This document shows, in pieces, positions 39,497-52,674 of a stretch of DNA of 64,000 bases. How positions within the stretch are numbered: position 1 is the first letter of the stretch; each line of letters begins with the position of its first letter. A program made the translations under genes and the position numbers. Under the pieces are notes generated by a model that made no database searches, had not been told where the DNA came from, and saw only the letters and a list, made by a program, of their open reading frames with translations. Source of the DNA: Chiloscyllium plagiosum (Eukaryota); assembly GCF_004010195.1 (NCBI RefSeq), contig NC_057719.1, positions 41,051,318-41,115,317 on the forward strand, read 5' to 3'.

Positions 39497-39985
39497 GAGT
39501 CATAGGATCATACAGCACGGAAACAGACCCTTCGGTCCAACCAGTCCATGCTGAACATAATCCCAAATTAAACTAATCCCAACCACCTGTTGCTGATTCA
39601 TATCCCTCCATTTCCTATTCATGAGCCTATCCAAATGTCTTTTAAATGTTGTAATTGTACCCACAGCCACTACTTACACAAGCAGTTCATTCCACACCCG
39701 AACTACCCTTTGTGTAAAAAATTTGCCCTTCATGTCTTTTTTAAATCACTCTCCTCTCACTTCAGAAATGTGCCTCCTAGTCTTGAAGTACCCCATCCTA
39801 AGGAAAGGACAACTACTCTTGTATAAACTTCTATCAGATCGTCTCTTAACCTCTTACATTTCAGTGAAAAAAGTTCCAGCCTACATAGCCTTTCTTGATA
39901 ACTCAAACCTTCCATACCTGGCAACATCCTGGTAAATCTTTTCTGAACCCTCACTAGCTTAATAATGTCCTTCCTATAACTGGAT
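39497..39985 (-). mobile_element. CR1 (HER1-type) 3' fragment
   Basis: ORF 39757..39954 [22 protein letters not shown]. Confidence 0.9.
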
Positions 39986-41257
39986 GATTCTTGGAAAAAT
40001 AATTGCTTGAGTAAACATGTTAGTGCTTAGTGAGCTAAACTTACGAGGTTACAAGGTCTGATGCAGCAATGGCTGCCTTGGAGCTCTCATTGAGTTACAT
40101 ACACCCCTTCTCACAGCTTTCCCTCCCAATCGCGCTCCCACTCATCTCGTCTCTCCCTAACTCTCATGGGTTTTTGTCCTGTACCCATAGGTATCCACCC
40201 ACCTCCACTCTCAAAGGACATTCAAACTCCACCCTACTCCCCACCCATTCTCACAGACAGTTTACATTGAAGGGCACAATAATTTTCAAAGATTGAAAAG
40301 AGATCACACTAGGAACTAATTCCAAAAATACTGATATACATATATCCTTACTGTATTACGTAGTACAGGTATAGCATTAAATAATTGATGCATAGATTGT
40401 TTATGACAGTTACTAGCATGAATGCTCAGGAAAGCTTGATAAATGCAGATAAATTGAGATACTTTCACCCCATCCATTTAGTTCTGATCTTTGAAAACAA
40501 TTCCACAGGCTGTAGCAAAGATTTCTTTTTAATATAACAGTCCTTCAGGAAGGTGTTAGATTGATTCCTTAAAACTGGGGTGATCATATCACATGGCAAG
40601 TAAAGGTAAATTATATCTGGATGATAAGTAATGGGTCTGGGGCCTCCTGCGGTTTTGTCTGATTGCTTATGATGGCTGAAGAGAAATTTCTGCCAGATTA
40701 CTTCAAAATTGACTGCATCTCTCTGGTTCTCCCCGGAGGTGAAGGCGAGAAATGGTAGGGGCACAGGAATGAAATCAACCAGATGATTGAGGCAAGCATG
40801 TTTCAACAAGATAGCATTTTCTTGTCCTGGATATACAAATGTATCATCCTAACTTTGCCGATATTGTTACCGTTTTCTTATAGAGTTCTAATAACATTAA
40901 TCATTCTTCAGTATTGAAGTGATTCAGTGCCAAGTGAAGAAAGCAGTAGATTATGGGGTAGATTATCAATTTGTCAAAACTGTGTGCAAAACTGACATTG
41001 TGGATAGATTGTTGTTGCAATATGTATAAATTTGGAGAATTCTACAGTGGGTAGTTATTTCGCAGTAATGTAAAAACTAAATACTGCAGATGCTAGAATT
41101 CTGAAATAAGAAACAGGAAGCACGGGAAATACTCTTCTGATTTGGCAGCATCTGTGGAGAGAGAAAAACAGTCAACATATAAAGTCCAAACACTCTTCTT
41201 CTTATGTGAATATCAGCTTTATGCCAGTGAATATCAGCTTTATGCTCCTCTCACGAT

Positions 41258-42826
41258 GGAGCCGTGGTAATAGGGGACTCCATCGTGAGAGGAACTGACC
41301 GGGGTTTTTGTGGCAGCAGACAGGATTTAAGGATGGTGTGTTGCTTTCCTGGTGCTAGAGTGAAAGACATCGCGGACAGATGCAGGAAATCCTCAAGGAT
41401 GAGGGTGAAGAGCCAGAGGTGGTGGTACATGTCGGCACAAATGATGTCAGGAAGAAGAGGAGGAACATACTACAGCGAGACTTCGGAGAACTAGGAAGAA
41501 GGCTGAAAAGCAGGACGTCCAAGGTGGTTATCTCCGGTTTGCTTCCAGTTCCTCGGGCTAGTGTGGCCAGAAACAGGGAGATAATGGACTTGAACGTGTG
41601 GTTGGGGAACTGGTGCAGGAAGCAAGGATTTAAGTTCTTGGATCACTGGGGTATATTTTGTGGTAAACATAAATTCTACAAGAGAGACGGCTTGCACCTT
41701 AATAGGTTAGGGACCAGTATTCTGGCNNNNNNNNNNNNNNNNNNNNNNNNNNNNNNNNNNNNNNNNNNNNNNNNNNNNNNNNNNNNNNNNNNNNNNNNNN
41801 NNNNNNNNNNNNNNNNNNNNNNNNNNNNNNNNNNNNNNNNNNNNNNNNNNNNNNNNNNNNNNNNNNNNNNNNNNNNNNNNNNNNNNNNNNNNNNNNNNNN
41901 NNNNNNNNNNNNNNNNNNNNNNNNNNNNNNNNNNNNNNNNNNNNNNNNNNNNNNNNNNNNNNNNNNNNNNNNNNNNNNNNNNNNNNNNNNNNNNNNNNNN
42001 NNNNNNNNNNNNNNNNNNNNNNNNNNNNNNNNNNNNNNNNNNNNNNNNNNNNNNNNNNNNNNNNNNNNNNNNNNNNNNNNNNNNNNNNNNNNNNNNNNNN
42101 NNNNNNNNNNNNNNNNNNNNNNNNNNNNNNNNNNNNNNNNNNNNNNNNNNNNNNNNNNNNNNNNNNNNNNNNNNNNNNNNNNNNNNNNNNNNNNNNNNNN
42201 NNNNNNNNNNNNNNNNNNNNNNNNNNNNNNNNNNNNNNNNNNNAATTTGCAATTTGAGAGGGAGAGGGTACAGTTGGAAGTGACAGTACTTCTGTTGAAT
42301 AAAGGGAATTATGGAGCTATGAGGGAGGAGCTGGCCAAAGTTCAATGGTGCAATACCTTAGTAGGGATGACCGTGGAGGAACAATGGCGGATATTTCTGT
42401 GTATAATGCAGAAGTTGCTGGATCAGTTCATTCCTAAAAGGAAGAAAGATCCCAGGAGGAGGCATGGGTGGCCGTGGCTGACGAGGGAAGTAAAGAAACA
42501 TATATAAAGTTAAAAGAGAAAAAGTATAACATAGCTAAGATAAGTGGGAAAACTGAGGACTGGGAAGCTTTTAAAGAGCAACAGAGGATTACTAAGAAGG
42601 AAATACGCAGAGGAAAAATGAGGTACGAAGGTAAACTGGCCAAGAATATTAAGGAGGATAGTAAAAGCTTTTTTAGGTATGTGCAAGGAATGATCAGCCA
42701 TGATTATATTGAATGGCGGTGCAGGCTCGAAGGGCTGAATGGCCTACTCCTGCACCTATTGTCTATTGTCTATTGTCTATTGTCTAGTGTCTATTGTCTA
42801 GTGTCTATTGTCTATTGTCTATTGTA
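41258..42826 (+). mobile_element. CR1 copy with ORF1 SGNH-esterase domain, ORF2 piece and (CTATTGT)n tail; internally deleted and gapped
   Basis: VIGDSIVRG...PGARVKD, then after a frameshift VVVHVGTND...DGLHLN; after the gap PWLTREVK..KSFFRYV joined directly to the 3' UTR at ~42688. Confidence 0.9.
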
Positions 42827-44965
42827 TGGTGGGCAAGTTAGAGCGAGGTACAAGTTTAAAATTTATCCCTCACTTCCAAAATATACATAGTGGTAATAGG
42901 GAAACAATGAATGCTGAAAAATATAAATATTATGCTCAATATAAGCAATTTGTGAGCAACAGAATTCTTTAAAATCATTAGGGTTGACCGTTGAATATAA
43001 AGTCTAAATCTGAACCAGTCTGGTTATACCTTCTTTGGTTTATTTTGCTAAATTTCAAACACGATAAACTGGCAACTCATTGCATAAAGGGATTTCTAAG
43101 TTAATAACTGGTGCTATATAAACATGAGTATTTTACTTATTCAATCACATAACAATATTTTGTATTACTATTCAATGTCTTCCTGCAGAAAATGTTTAAA
43201 TTTATGGATATGAAAAGTTGTTTACTGTGGCAAAGGTTTGTAGAATATGGTTGTTTTGATATATAATCATATCACGTTGCCAAAGTGTCCTAGATAGCTT
43301 ATGGTCAATGAACTATGTTTGCAATTCAGGTAGACAAAGCAACAGATTATTACACAGCAAGGCTGCATAAAAAGCAAATTACCAAATCATCAGCTAATCT
43401 GTTTTTGATGATGCTGATGGGGAAAAGTTAGCTGAGACATTAAACTCCCCATTCTTCTTCAAACATTGCATTGAAATATTTTAGATCCTGAGCCACCAGA
43501 TGGGACCTTTGCTTAACATCTAATCCAGAAGAGATTACATCAGACAATACAATGTAGACACTGAAGTGTTAGTTTATTTACATGCTCATAGCTCACAATG
43601 AGATTTGAATGTACATCCTTCTGACTCAAAGCGGTGACATTTTATCAACATTTCTGATAGAGAGGCGAAATTTGCAAGTTCCTGGACTTCTTTTATTTTT
43701 CACATTAGAACTGGATTTAAATTCAAACAAAATTTTTTCTTCCAAAGCTTAATTTGTATTTGATTAAATATATTTAAACACAGATTTGTACAACATAGTT
43801 CTGACTTAATCACTTGTCGGTCATATGTTTTTTTACTTTTTCTACAAATTACATAGTCGATTGCTTCACAGCTTCAATCTATATATAGACTCATGGATGG
43901 CACAGATTGAGTTACAAGGTAGTAATCTAATTGAGAGATTTAGATGATCTCATAAACCATGAAGGTGAATCTTCAGTAATTTATGAATGTCATTTGAACC
44001 CCAAAGAGATTAGAATCATGACCTCACTCTCTCTAGCTGTGATTTTATTTTATGAAGCATTTTAATATGATTTAGTTTGAAATTCTTACCATTTTTGCTG
44101 AGATTTGTGAACTTAATAAATAATGAAGGTACATTCAAGAAATAATTAACAGTTGATTATATGGAAATTCTGTGTCCTATATGTTTATGATCTCATGCAG
44201 AACAACACATATGTTTACATTGCGGAGTCTTGCAGAGAATGCCATTGAAAGTTTTCTCCAGGGGAATGTCACCATAATTAACTATCATTTGGCACGGCAA
44301 AGGGAAGTACATTAAATGCAGAAGAGTGCACTTATCCTTTGTTGCATTGAGGATAATTAATAACATGTGAACACTCATGTAACTTGGTCAATGGTTTCTT
44401 ATGAAAAATGTTCTGATAATATTTGCAATTTTGAGCAAAATATCATTATGTTTCTATGATTAATGAGGCAACGAATTCAAAAGAGTGACAAGTTGAAGAA
44501 AAATGACACCAAAGACATTTTGTGCAGCTGCTTCAAATATCTTCAGCATCCTTGGATGAGGGAAGAAGACAAAATAAACTAGCTAGACTACTATTGAAAA
44601 TTCTAATATAGAAAAACAGTTTTAAAGTACTTATGTGCCCATCGGGTTAAAGCTGGTTTGAGCAGTGATGCCCATCACAGTCAAATAAGCTATGTAAACT
44701 TAATCCTTTCAGGTACTGAGACTGATCATGAAGCAAAACCTTTGAAGATATCCTCGTCCAGGTCATAAACCAATTGTACAGTACTAGTATCAGCTTGTCT
44801 GGCAAGAATGGGAATTAAATCTAAGATCTTTCTGCTCTACGTGGCTCATCACTTCAGCTGACCACTGTCTTAAGCCACTGAGGCATCAGGATAGCTACCT
44901 AAGAAATAAATTCTTTAAATACTCTGTAGGTTTGAGTGGAATTTTTACTTAGTCATTGCATTTTA

Positions 44966-45083
44966 TTAGATTAAAAACAAGGACTGCAGATGCCGTAAAC
45001 CAGAGTCTAGATTAAGTGGTGCTGGAAAAGCACAGCAGGTCAGGCAGCATCCGAGGAGCAGGAAAATTGACATTTCGGGCAAA
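44966..45083 (-). mobile_element. PLE family A terminal-repeat fragment
   Basis: gtggtgctggaaaagcacagcaggtcaggcagcatccgaggagcaggaaaattgacatttcgggcaaa; truncated inside hammerhead helix II. Confidence 0.85.
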
Positions 45084-46838
45084 GGAGGGAAGGAGCTGTG
45101 TGAAAAATATACGCTGGTTTCAGGATATTCTGATTCAGAACTAATAGAAGGCAAGAATTTTGTTCTTCAAATATCTGATTTCGAGTCAACTTCAGGATGA
45201 AATTCAAATTCAGGATGAATTTATAGAGGCCAACTTGCCAGTGCTCTTATATCAAGACAAAGATTTTGCTGAGTCCTGGATATTCTACAGCATTTCCAAA
45301 AAGATGCACATAATGGTTCCAACCCATTTCTGATGGATCTTATTTTTGGCAGTAAGGAATAGAGACAGGACATGGAACCATAGAGTCATACACTACGGAT
45401 ATAGACCCTTCAATTTAACTCGAGTGTGCTGACCAGAAATCTCAACCTGACCTAGTCCCACTTGCCACCATTTAGCCCATTTCCCTCTAAACCCTTCCTA
45501 TTCATATACCCATCCAGGTGCCTTTTAAATGGTGTAACTGTACCTGACTCCACCACTTACTCTGGCAGCGTATTCCATACATGCACCACTCTCTCCGTGA
45601 AAAAGTTATCCTTCAGGGATTTTTAAAAATATTTCCCCTCTCACCTTAAACCTATGTCCTCTCATTCTGGACTCCCCACCCTAGCAAAAAGACCTTGGCT
45701 ATTTACTCTATCCATCCCCTTCATGGTTTTATAAATTTCTATAAAGTCATCCCTCAGCCTCTGATGCTTCAGGGAAGAAGCCCCAGCCTATTCACCCTCT
45801 CCCTATAGCTCAAACCCTATAATCCCAGCAACATCCTCATATATCTTACCTGTGCCCTTTCAGTTTAACCAACATCCTTCCAATGGAAGGGTGACCAGAA
45901 TTGAATGCAATACTGTAAAAGTGGCCTCACCAATGTCCTGTAAAGCTGCAATATACTCTACCAACTCCTATAATCAGTGTTCCCACCAATGAAGTCAAGC
46001 ATGTCAAATGCCTTCTTCACCACCTTGTCGACCTATGACTCCCCTTTCAAGGAACCGCGCCCTGAGGTCTCTTTGTTTGGCAACGCTCTGCAGGGCCCTA
46101 TCGTATTAGTGCTGCCCTGATTGGCCTTACCGAAATGCAACACCTCACATTTATTTAAATTAAACTCCATCTGCCAATTCTTAGCCCTTTGGCCCATCTG
46201 ATCAACATCCTCTTGTACTCAGGGATAACCTTCTTCACTGTCCACTACACTAACTATTTTGGGTGTCATCAGCAAACTTATTAACCATGCCTCTTATATT
46301 CATATCCAACTCGTTTATATAAATGTCGAAAAGCTGTAGATCCAGTACTGATCTTTGTGGCACACCACTGGCCACAGACTGACAGTTCGAAAAGCAGCCC
46401 TCTGTCAAGGCCCTCTGTCTCCCTTCAAGCCAATTTTGTATTCAATTGATTAGCTCCCCTGCATCTTATGTGATATAATCCTACTAACTAGTCTACCATG
46501 CCTTGTCGAATGCTTCGCTGAAATCCATTTGGACAATGTCTATCACTCTGCCTTCATCAATCTTCTTAGTCACCTCTTGAAAAAACTTAATCAGGTTAGT
46601 GAGACATGATTTCCCATGTACAAAGCCTTGTTGACTATCCCTAATCAGTCCTTGCCTTTCCAAATGCATGTAAATCCTATCCCTCAGAATCCCCTCAAAC
46701 AACTTACCCATCGTTGACAAGGGTTCATTGGTCTATAGTTGCCTGACTTTTCCTTACAGCCTTTCTTACATAATGGCACCACATTAGTCACCCTTCAGTC
46801 TTCTGACACCTCACCCATGGTTGTCGCTGATACAAATA

Positions 46839-47057
46839 GGAGAAAGTGAGGTCTGCAGATGCTGGAGATCAGAGCCGGAGATGTGTTGCTGGAAAAGCGC
46901 AGCAGGTCAGGCAGCATCCAGGGAACAGGAGAATCGACGTTTCGGGCATAAGCCCTTCTTCAGGAATGAAGAAGGGCTTATGCCTGAAACGTCGATTCTC
47001 TTGTTCCCTGGATGCTGCCTGACCTGCTGCGCTTTTCCAGCAACACATCTCCGGCGA
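46839..47057. mobile_element. PLE family A fold-back mini-element with TSD
   Basis: 89-bp arms at 46874-46962 and 46967-47055, 4-nt loop GGAA; TSD TGATACAAATA at 46828-46838 and 47058-47068. Confidence 0.95.
46936..46963 (-). ncRNA. Minimal hammerhead ribozyme motif (family A)
   Basis: Minus strand CTGAAGA-A-GGGC-TTAT-GCCC-GAAA-CGTC. Confidence 0.8.
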
Positions 47058-47199
47058 TGATACAAATATGTCAGCAAGGAGTTCAAGAATCTCTTCCCTA
47101 GGTTTCCACAATGTTCTGGGAAACAGCTGATCTGGTCCTGGGGGTTTATCCATCCCCCATCTGTAATATGAACACTGTTCAAGATATCACTATTTAGAG

Positions 47200-47340
47200 A
47201 TTTGGAAATCGTGTCTCACTAACTTGATTAAGTTTTTGGAAGGGGTGACAAAGAAATCTGAAGGCAGAGCAATGGACGTCATCTATATGGACCTCAGCAA
47301 AGCATTTGACAAGGTTGTGCATGGTAGACTGGTTAGTAAG
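47200..47340 (+). mobile_element. CR1 RT internal fragment
   Basis: IKFLEGVTKKSEGRAMDVIYMDLSKAFDKVVHGRLVSK. Confidence 0.85.
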
Positions 47341-48089
47341 TTCCCTAGCTTCCCTGTCTCATACATGAAGAATCTCAAATTTAGCAGCCTCATATTAACT
47401 CAGGGCTCACATCAAATGGACTCCAGCTTTGCTGCTGCCTTATGAATATTTAGAGTTGATATAAATGCTAATAAAGGACAGCTAAGTTCTCTGTATTTGT
47501 CAAGTTGTCATGTCTAAATATTAAAATTGGTAAAAAAAAAGAGTATGTCAATATATGCAAGTTGGAAAATAGCCTTTGATTGTAGTTTAAGTAGCTGTTT
47601 GTTGAAATGACCCCAAGTATTGTTTTGTTATTGCTTGACTGCTTTCACAAAGCTTTCATCTTCACAGTTTGCAGTTCATAGTTTGCTTGACAGTTTCAAA
47701 AAAATCATTAAAGAATTAGCCGTCTTTGATGTGAATATAAATGTTTGTATTTTATAGGGAATTAGTACTTGATGGGATTTAAATGTATTGATTGGGTTTT
47801 CATGAATGGGAGTGTTTTAATATTGGAAAGTTTGTAATTGATGTTCAGACATTTATTTTATTTCATTTCAGCATGCCTCCTGAAATCTGCCCATGGAGTA
47901 CACTGGGTGAGTTGACATGGAAATTGTAAAAACAAAGGGTGGTGGGGAATGGAGTTGGGTTGGCAGAAGTTGTCTGTAAACTGGCATACAGGCTGTGAGG
48001 TCCATGAGGATGGGTGAGCTTTTTGAATTGGCATGAGTTACCAATAAGTTGGCATTGGACAATAAGAGGCATGGATGTGGTTTTGAATA

Positions 48090-48425
48090 GATTTGATTAT
48101 ATTTGATTTATTATTGTCACATGTAAATGGGTACAGTGAAAAGTTTTGTTTTGTTTGCAGTACAGATAGATCATACCATACAAAGTACATAAGGGGAATA
48201 GAACAGCGTGAGGAATACAATGTTACTGTTGCAGAGAAGGTGCACATACAGCGAGATCAACATTAAATTTAAAATTTGAGAGGTCCATTCAGAAGTCTAA
48301 TAACAGCAGGGAAGAAGCTGTTTTTGATTCAATTTGTACATGCATACAAAACTTTTATATCTTCTGCCCAATGGAAGAAGGTGGAAGAGGGTATAACCGG
48401 GATGGAAGGTGCCTTTGATTATTAG
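48090..48425 (-). mobile_element. Rex1/Babar LINE 3' end
   Basis: Minus-strand IIKGTFHPGYTLFHLLPLGRRYKS matches the Rex1 HP.H.LF.LLPSGRRYRS motif; gacaataataaatcaaat tail. Confidence 0.75.
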
Positions 48426-50327
48426 GGGCTAAAAGGAGCCACTGGAATGGTTGGGGCATAGGTTTGCATGTATGACTGCAGGGATTAGACAGGGATGAGA
48501 TGGTTTATAGTGAGGTCTGAGGGCTGAAATATTCAACAAAATAACTTTTGTGAAGTTCCAGAGAACTGAGATGGGCCTATTAACCAGCATGCCCTGACAG
48601 CCTCTTTGGACATTTCTGATCTACATCTGAATGTGGCAGGCCTGACTCCAGCCCGTAGTTACCTTCATGGAATGGAAATCTGCCAATTTTTGAGCCAGAT
48701 ACAGAGAACTGGGTGATTTTCTAACTTTTTGTACCTACCTCAGGAGTGGAAATCCATGCCTTAGAATTTCTAATTGAGCATTACATTTGAGAAAAAGTCT
48801 GAAAATAGAGGATGCTGTCTAAGGTGGGCACGTAGGAATTGCTTCTCAAGTTTGACATATGGGTAAATGTTAGTTTAAAAAATTAGGCACCCTCCTAATG
48901 TAAACATGATTATAAGAATATAACAGTGTTACAGGGAGAAGGTCATGACAAAACCTGGGCAAAAAAAAATAAGAATGGTTTCTCTATTTATCTTTGGCTT
49001 AGAATGATACCATGTCAACCCACTCTTCCCTTTTTCCCCCATAACCTATCCCTTCATTTACACAAGCTTCTAATACAATTGTATAGAGAATCTGCACCAC
49101 TACTGCCTTAGAATAGACATAAGCACCATTTTCCTGTTACCTAGTAATGATCATTTTATATTTCCCTCCTTCTTAGCTGCTTTTAGGCTTCCAAGTATAA
49201 TCACTTCCTTGAAGACAGGCATTTCATTTTGTTTGAAATGTAACTTTCGCTTCACACAACAGCACAGCTTTTCAAAAGAATCCGAATGTTACTCACTCCT
49301 ACTTTTCTTCCTGGTTAAACTGGTAAACAACAGAATGGGGAGAATCAGAATGTAGGGCTGAAGCTACTTTGAGGATTGTTGCCAAAGGAGAATGCAAAGC
49401 ATTGAAGATGACAAGGTTTGGCCATTTACCTTTTCTCCTTCCTCATCTACAAGGCAGTATGATAACCTGCTTCTGCACCAAGATGTTATTCATTGTGCAT
49501 TGCTTCTCTTTCCCATTATATGTGAACCTTTATCACTGTTTCTTTTGTCGTGGTCCTTATGGTGACTTTACCCTTGTTGCTGGAAAATACAACTAGTTTG
49601 TTAGAGAGATTCATTCATGATGATTCACGTGCACAAGATTGCAGATTAGTGAAGAGGAGAGAGGTGCAAATGTGAGGAAGCCAGTACTTAAAACAAAATC
49701 TTCCTTGCACACCCACAATTGTTCCCAAGTCTGGAAATATGGTACTTCCTGCTTGTCTGTGGATTGATTACAAGGCATAAATATTCTACAATTTACCATA
49801 AATTCATTTTAATGTCCTCTCAAAAATGGTGATGAATAAGATGACAGTGGTTTTGGTTTTCATACTGCCTCACCCTGTCCCAAAAACGAGACAACAGAAA
49901 CAATATTTTAATATTACTGGACTGAAAGTGAAAGTCAGCAGATATCATGCTGTAACTAATACCTTGTATAGATACTGTGACCAACCCTGACATTATTTAA
50001 GATAAGAAATGTCCACCAAGTAATATGGAACGATTCATACAGAAGTAACTCCTGAAAGCTCAGCACATGATTGGAGGATTCAATAAATACAACTTTCTGA
50101 AATGGTGATAAATTTCTCAGAAATAAACAATCAAATTATAGTACTGTGAAAATAAAGTGAATGCTGTCAATTCATTTGAAATCATAGTGCTGATTCCAAA
50201 TAGCCTTCAGTTGGTTTTATATTCGTTGCATAGACGCAACCATCTCATAGGCGCAACCACTGGCAATCCCAATGTAATTTTGTTAGATTGATCAAAGTCT
50301 ACCTGGGCTTAGCCACTCTGGTAGTTA

Positions 50328-50489
50328 ATGATTTGGAGATGCCGGTGTTGGACTGGGGTTTTGCAAAGTTAAAAATCACACAAAAATCAGGTTATCCACC
50401 TGATAAAGGAGCAGCACCCCTGGAGTAGTGAAAGATAGTGTTTCCAATTAAACCTGTTGGACTATAACCTGGTGCTGTGTGATTTTTAA
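50328..50489. mobile_element. PLE family B fold-back mini-element, deleted and decayed
   Basis: atgatttggagatgccggtgttggactgggg...ccaattaaacctgttggactataacctgg; imperfect flanking repeat ctggtagtt/ctggtaagtt. Confidence 0.8.
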
Positions 50490-51911
50490 CTGGTAAGTTT
50501 ACTGTGTGGTTTCAGGTGTCTGTCTGCAAGGACTGTCTGCCTGAGAGTTGGTAGCACTTAATATGGATCTTGAGCAACATAAAAATCAATTGTTCATTCC
50601 ACATATGTGGATCTTACTTCATCAAGACTGTCAATTTGAACTTTATAATAGTATTAGCCCAGGTAAAGTTGTTATGAAGAGCACCTGTGATATTTCTTTT
50701 AATTTTTGTTTTATTTTCCAAGTATACAACCACTCTTGTGACAATTTTAAGAATTTGCATTACATTACATACACTCTAAAAACTATTTGTGGCCTTAGCT
50801 TGCAACACACATACTGTAAATGGCAAGGAAATGTTCAGACTCTCAATCAGTGTGGTTCTCTGCTTTGCACTACTTTATAACATGGGAGTGCCATGGCCTT
50901 CAATTGTTGCATTAAAAAATATCTCAATCTGATGTATAGTTGAATGTTGATAATTTAAAACAATCATTACAGAAGGCTCAGCTTCTCAGCTCTAGCTGCT
51001 TATTCCTGCTTCAATATTTTGTTCCGCAACATGACCCTTTAAATCTATGACTGCTTTGGGTATATTTAAATGATTGCCCCCTGCTGAAATATTGACTATC
51101 ACACTAATTGCATGTTGTATTTGTACCAGAGTCAACAAAGCAGTTGCATTTGCATTTTCATTGTTAGGAATTCCATTACTCCAGGAATCAGCGTTTAGAG
51201 GAAATCCAGTGCTCTGGAGTGCCAGTCTGTTCATATACTCATTTCATAATTCAAAGGCAATTTTGATTTAAAAATTAATTCCATCCATTACAGTTTGTAG
51301 CCTATTATTTTCTGGTGCATGCATGCTGAATGAAAATTATTGTTGAATTCTGCATATAATTACTCATCTTTTAATTTCTCTTCAGGATGTGGGTGATGCT
51401 GAAAAGATTCCATTTATTGTCTGTTCCTTGTCCTGGGAAGGTGGTGATGGGTCTTCTTGAGCAAACACAATGACTGAATTGGTTATACTCCAACAATGGT
51501 GTTAGGCAGAGGTTGTCAGAATTTATTGACAGTGTGTTCTTTATGCTAATCACTAGAGTACTGAAGACTAAATCCCCAATGTTAGTTGTTTCCAGCATCA
51601 TCAACACTGCTATTTTTATACACATTTGCAAATCCATCTACATAGCAGACAAAATCTTCCTCTCTAGTCCTTTATTGAAAGGCTTGTAGACAATGAGTAA
51701 TTCACTTCAGTGCCAACACTCGCAATGATGAATTTATGCATTATCCTTGCCACTGATACACTCAGTTTGTTGATTCCACAACAATAATAAGGCCCATGTC
51801 CAGCCACCACCAGCTCCACAAAAGATGCAAAAAAGAGGATCAAGTGATCAGTGAGAATACAATAAAGTTGGGACTGGGGCTTCAACCTGCATGCCACAAT
51901 TTAAATACAAC

Positions 51912-52220
51912 GAGGTAAAATCAATGACTGCAGATGCTGGAAACCAGATTCTGGATTAGTGGTGCTGGAAGAGCACAGCAGTTCAGGCAGCATCCAACGA
52001 GCAGCGAAATCGACGTTTCGGGCAAAAGCCCCTCATCAGGAATAAAGGCAGTGAGCCTGAAGCGTGGAGAGATAAGCTAGGGGAAGGTGGGAGTGGGGAG
52101 AGAGTAGCATAGAGAAGAGCTTCAGGGCAGAGGAAATGACCTGGGAGTTGCAGTGGGAGAGGGACTCCCTGAGATTCTTGTAGAGAGAGGAGGAAAACTT
52201 CTTCAAGGCAGGCATCCTTG
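51912..52220 (-). mobile_element. PLE family A variant; terminal repeat with intact hammerhead at 52012-52039
   Basis: Minus strand CTGATGA-G-GGGC-TTTT-GCCC-GAAA-CGTC; nearly identical to 55443-55610. Confidence 0.85.
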
Positions 52221-52674
52221 TGTCCCTCACTGCCCATTCATTTGTCTCCCTTTGTCCCTGCCATTCCCCCCTAGGCCCAGATGTTGCTCTCTGGCCTATT
52301 ACCCAGTCTGGTTGCTGGGGACTGTCCTGAAGAGAGTGGAAGACAAATCTCCTGTCATTATTGTTCCTACCTTGCAGCTGGCCTGCCTGCTGAACTGATC
52401 AACTGCTGGGTGGAAACTGGGGCAAATAAATTTGCCTGGATGTTTCAATGCAAGGCAATCAGCATTGGATTGCCACTCTGGTCAAAGCACCAACTATGCT
52501 CCACATTTCTTGTTGGTACTCCAAAGCAGCCTTCTCCAGAAAGGTGGGGCATTGCATCCATTGAAGAGCTCCGTATCAGTGCTATAACACTGGGAAGGTG
52601 GGGGCAGAGCTTGGCACAACCACTTATTATGATACTAATTGCTGCAAATATAAATGTCAAGCAAGAATATTCAA

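Larger units (their letters stand above)
45378..47165 (-). mobile_element. CR1 LINE, long RT-to-tail copy hosting a PLE hairpin
   Basis: DKPPGPDQLFPRTLW; GKLFEGILRDRIYMHLERQGLIRDSQQGFVHGKSCLTNLIKFF...MDFSEAFDK. Confidence 0.95.

Noticed and set aside
41380..42507. 375-aa ORF
   Set aside because: Its length comes from reading through 517 Ns; the two ends are separate CR1 ORF1 and ORF2 pieces
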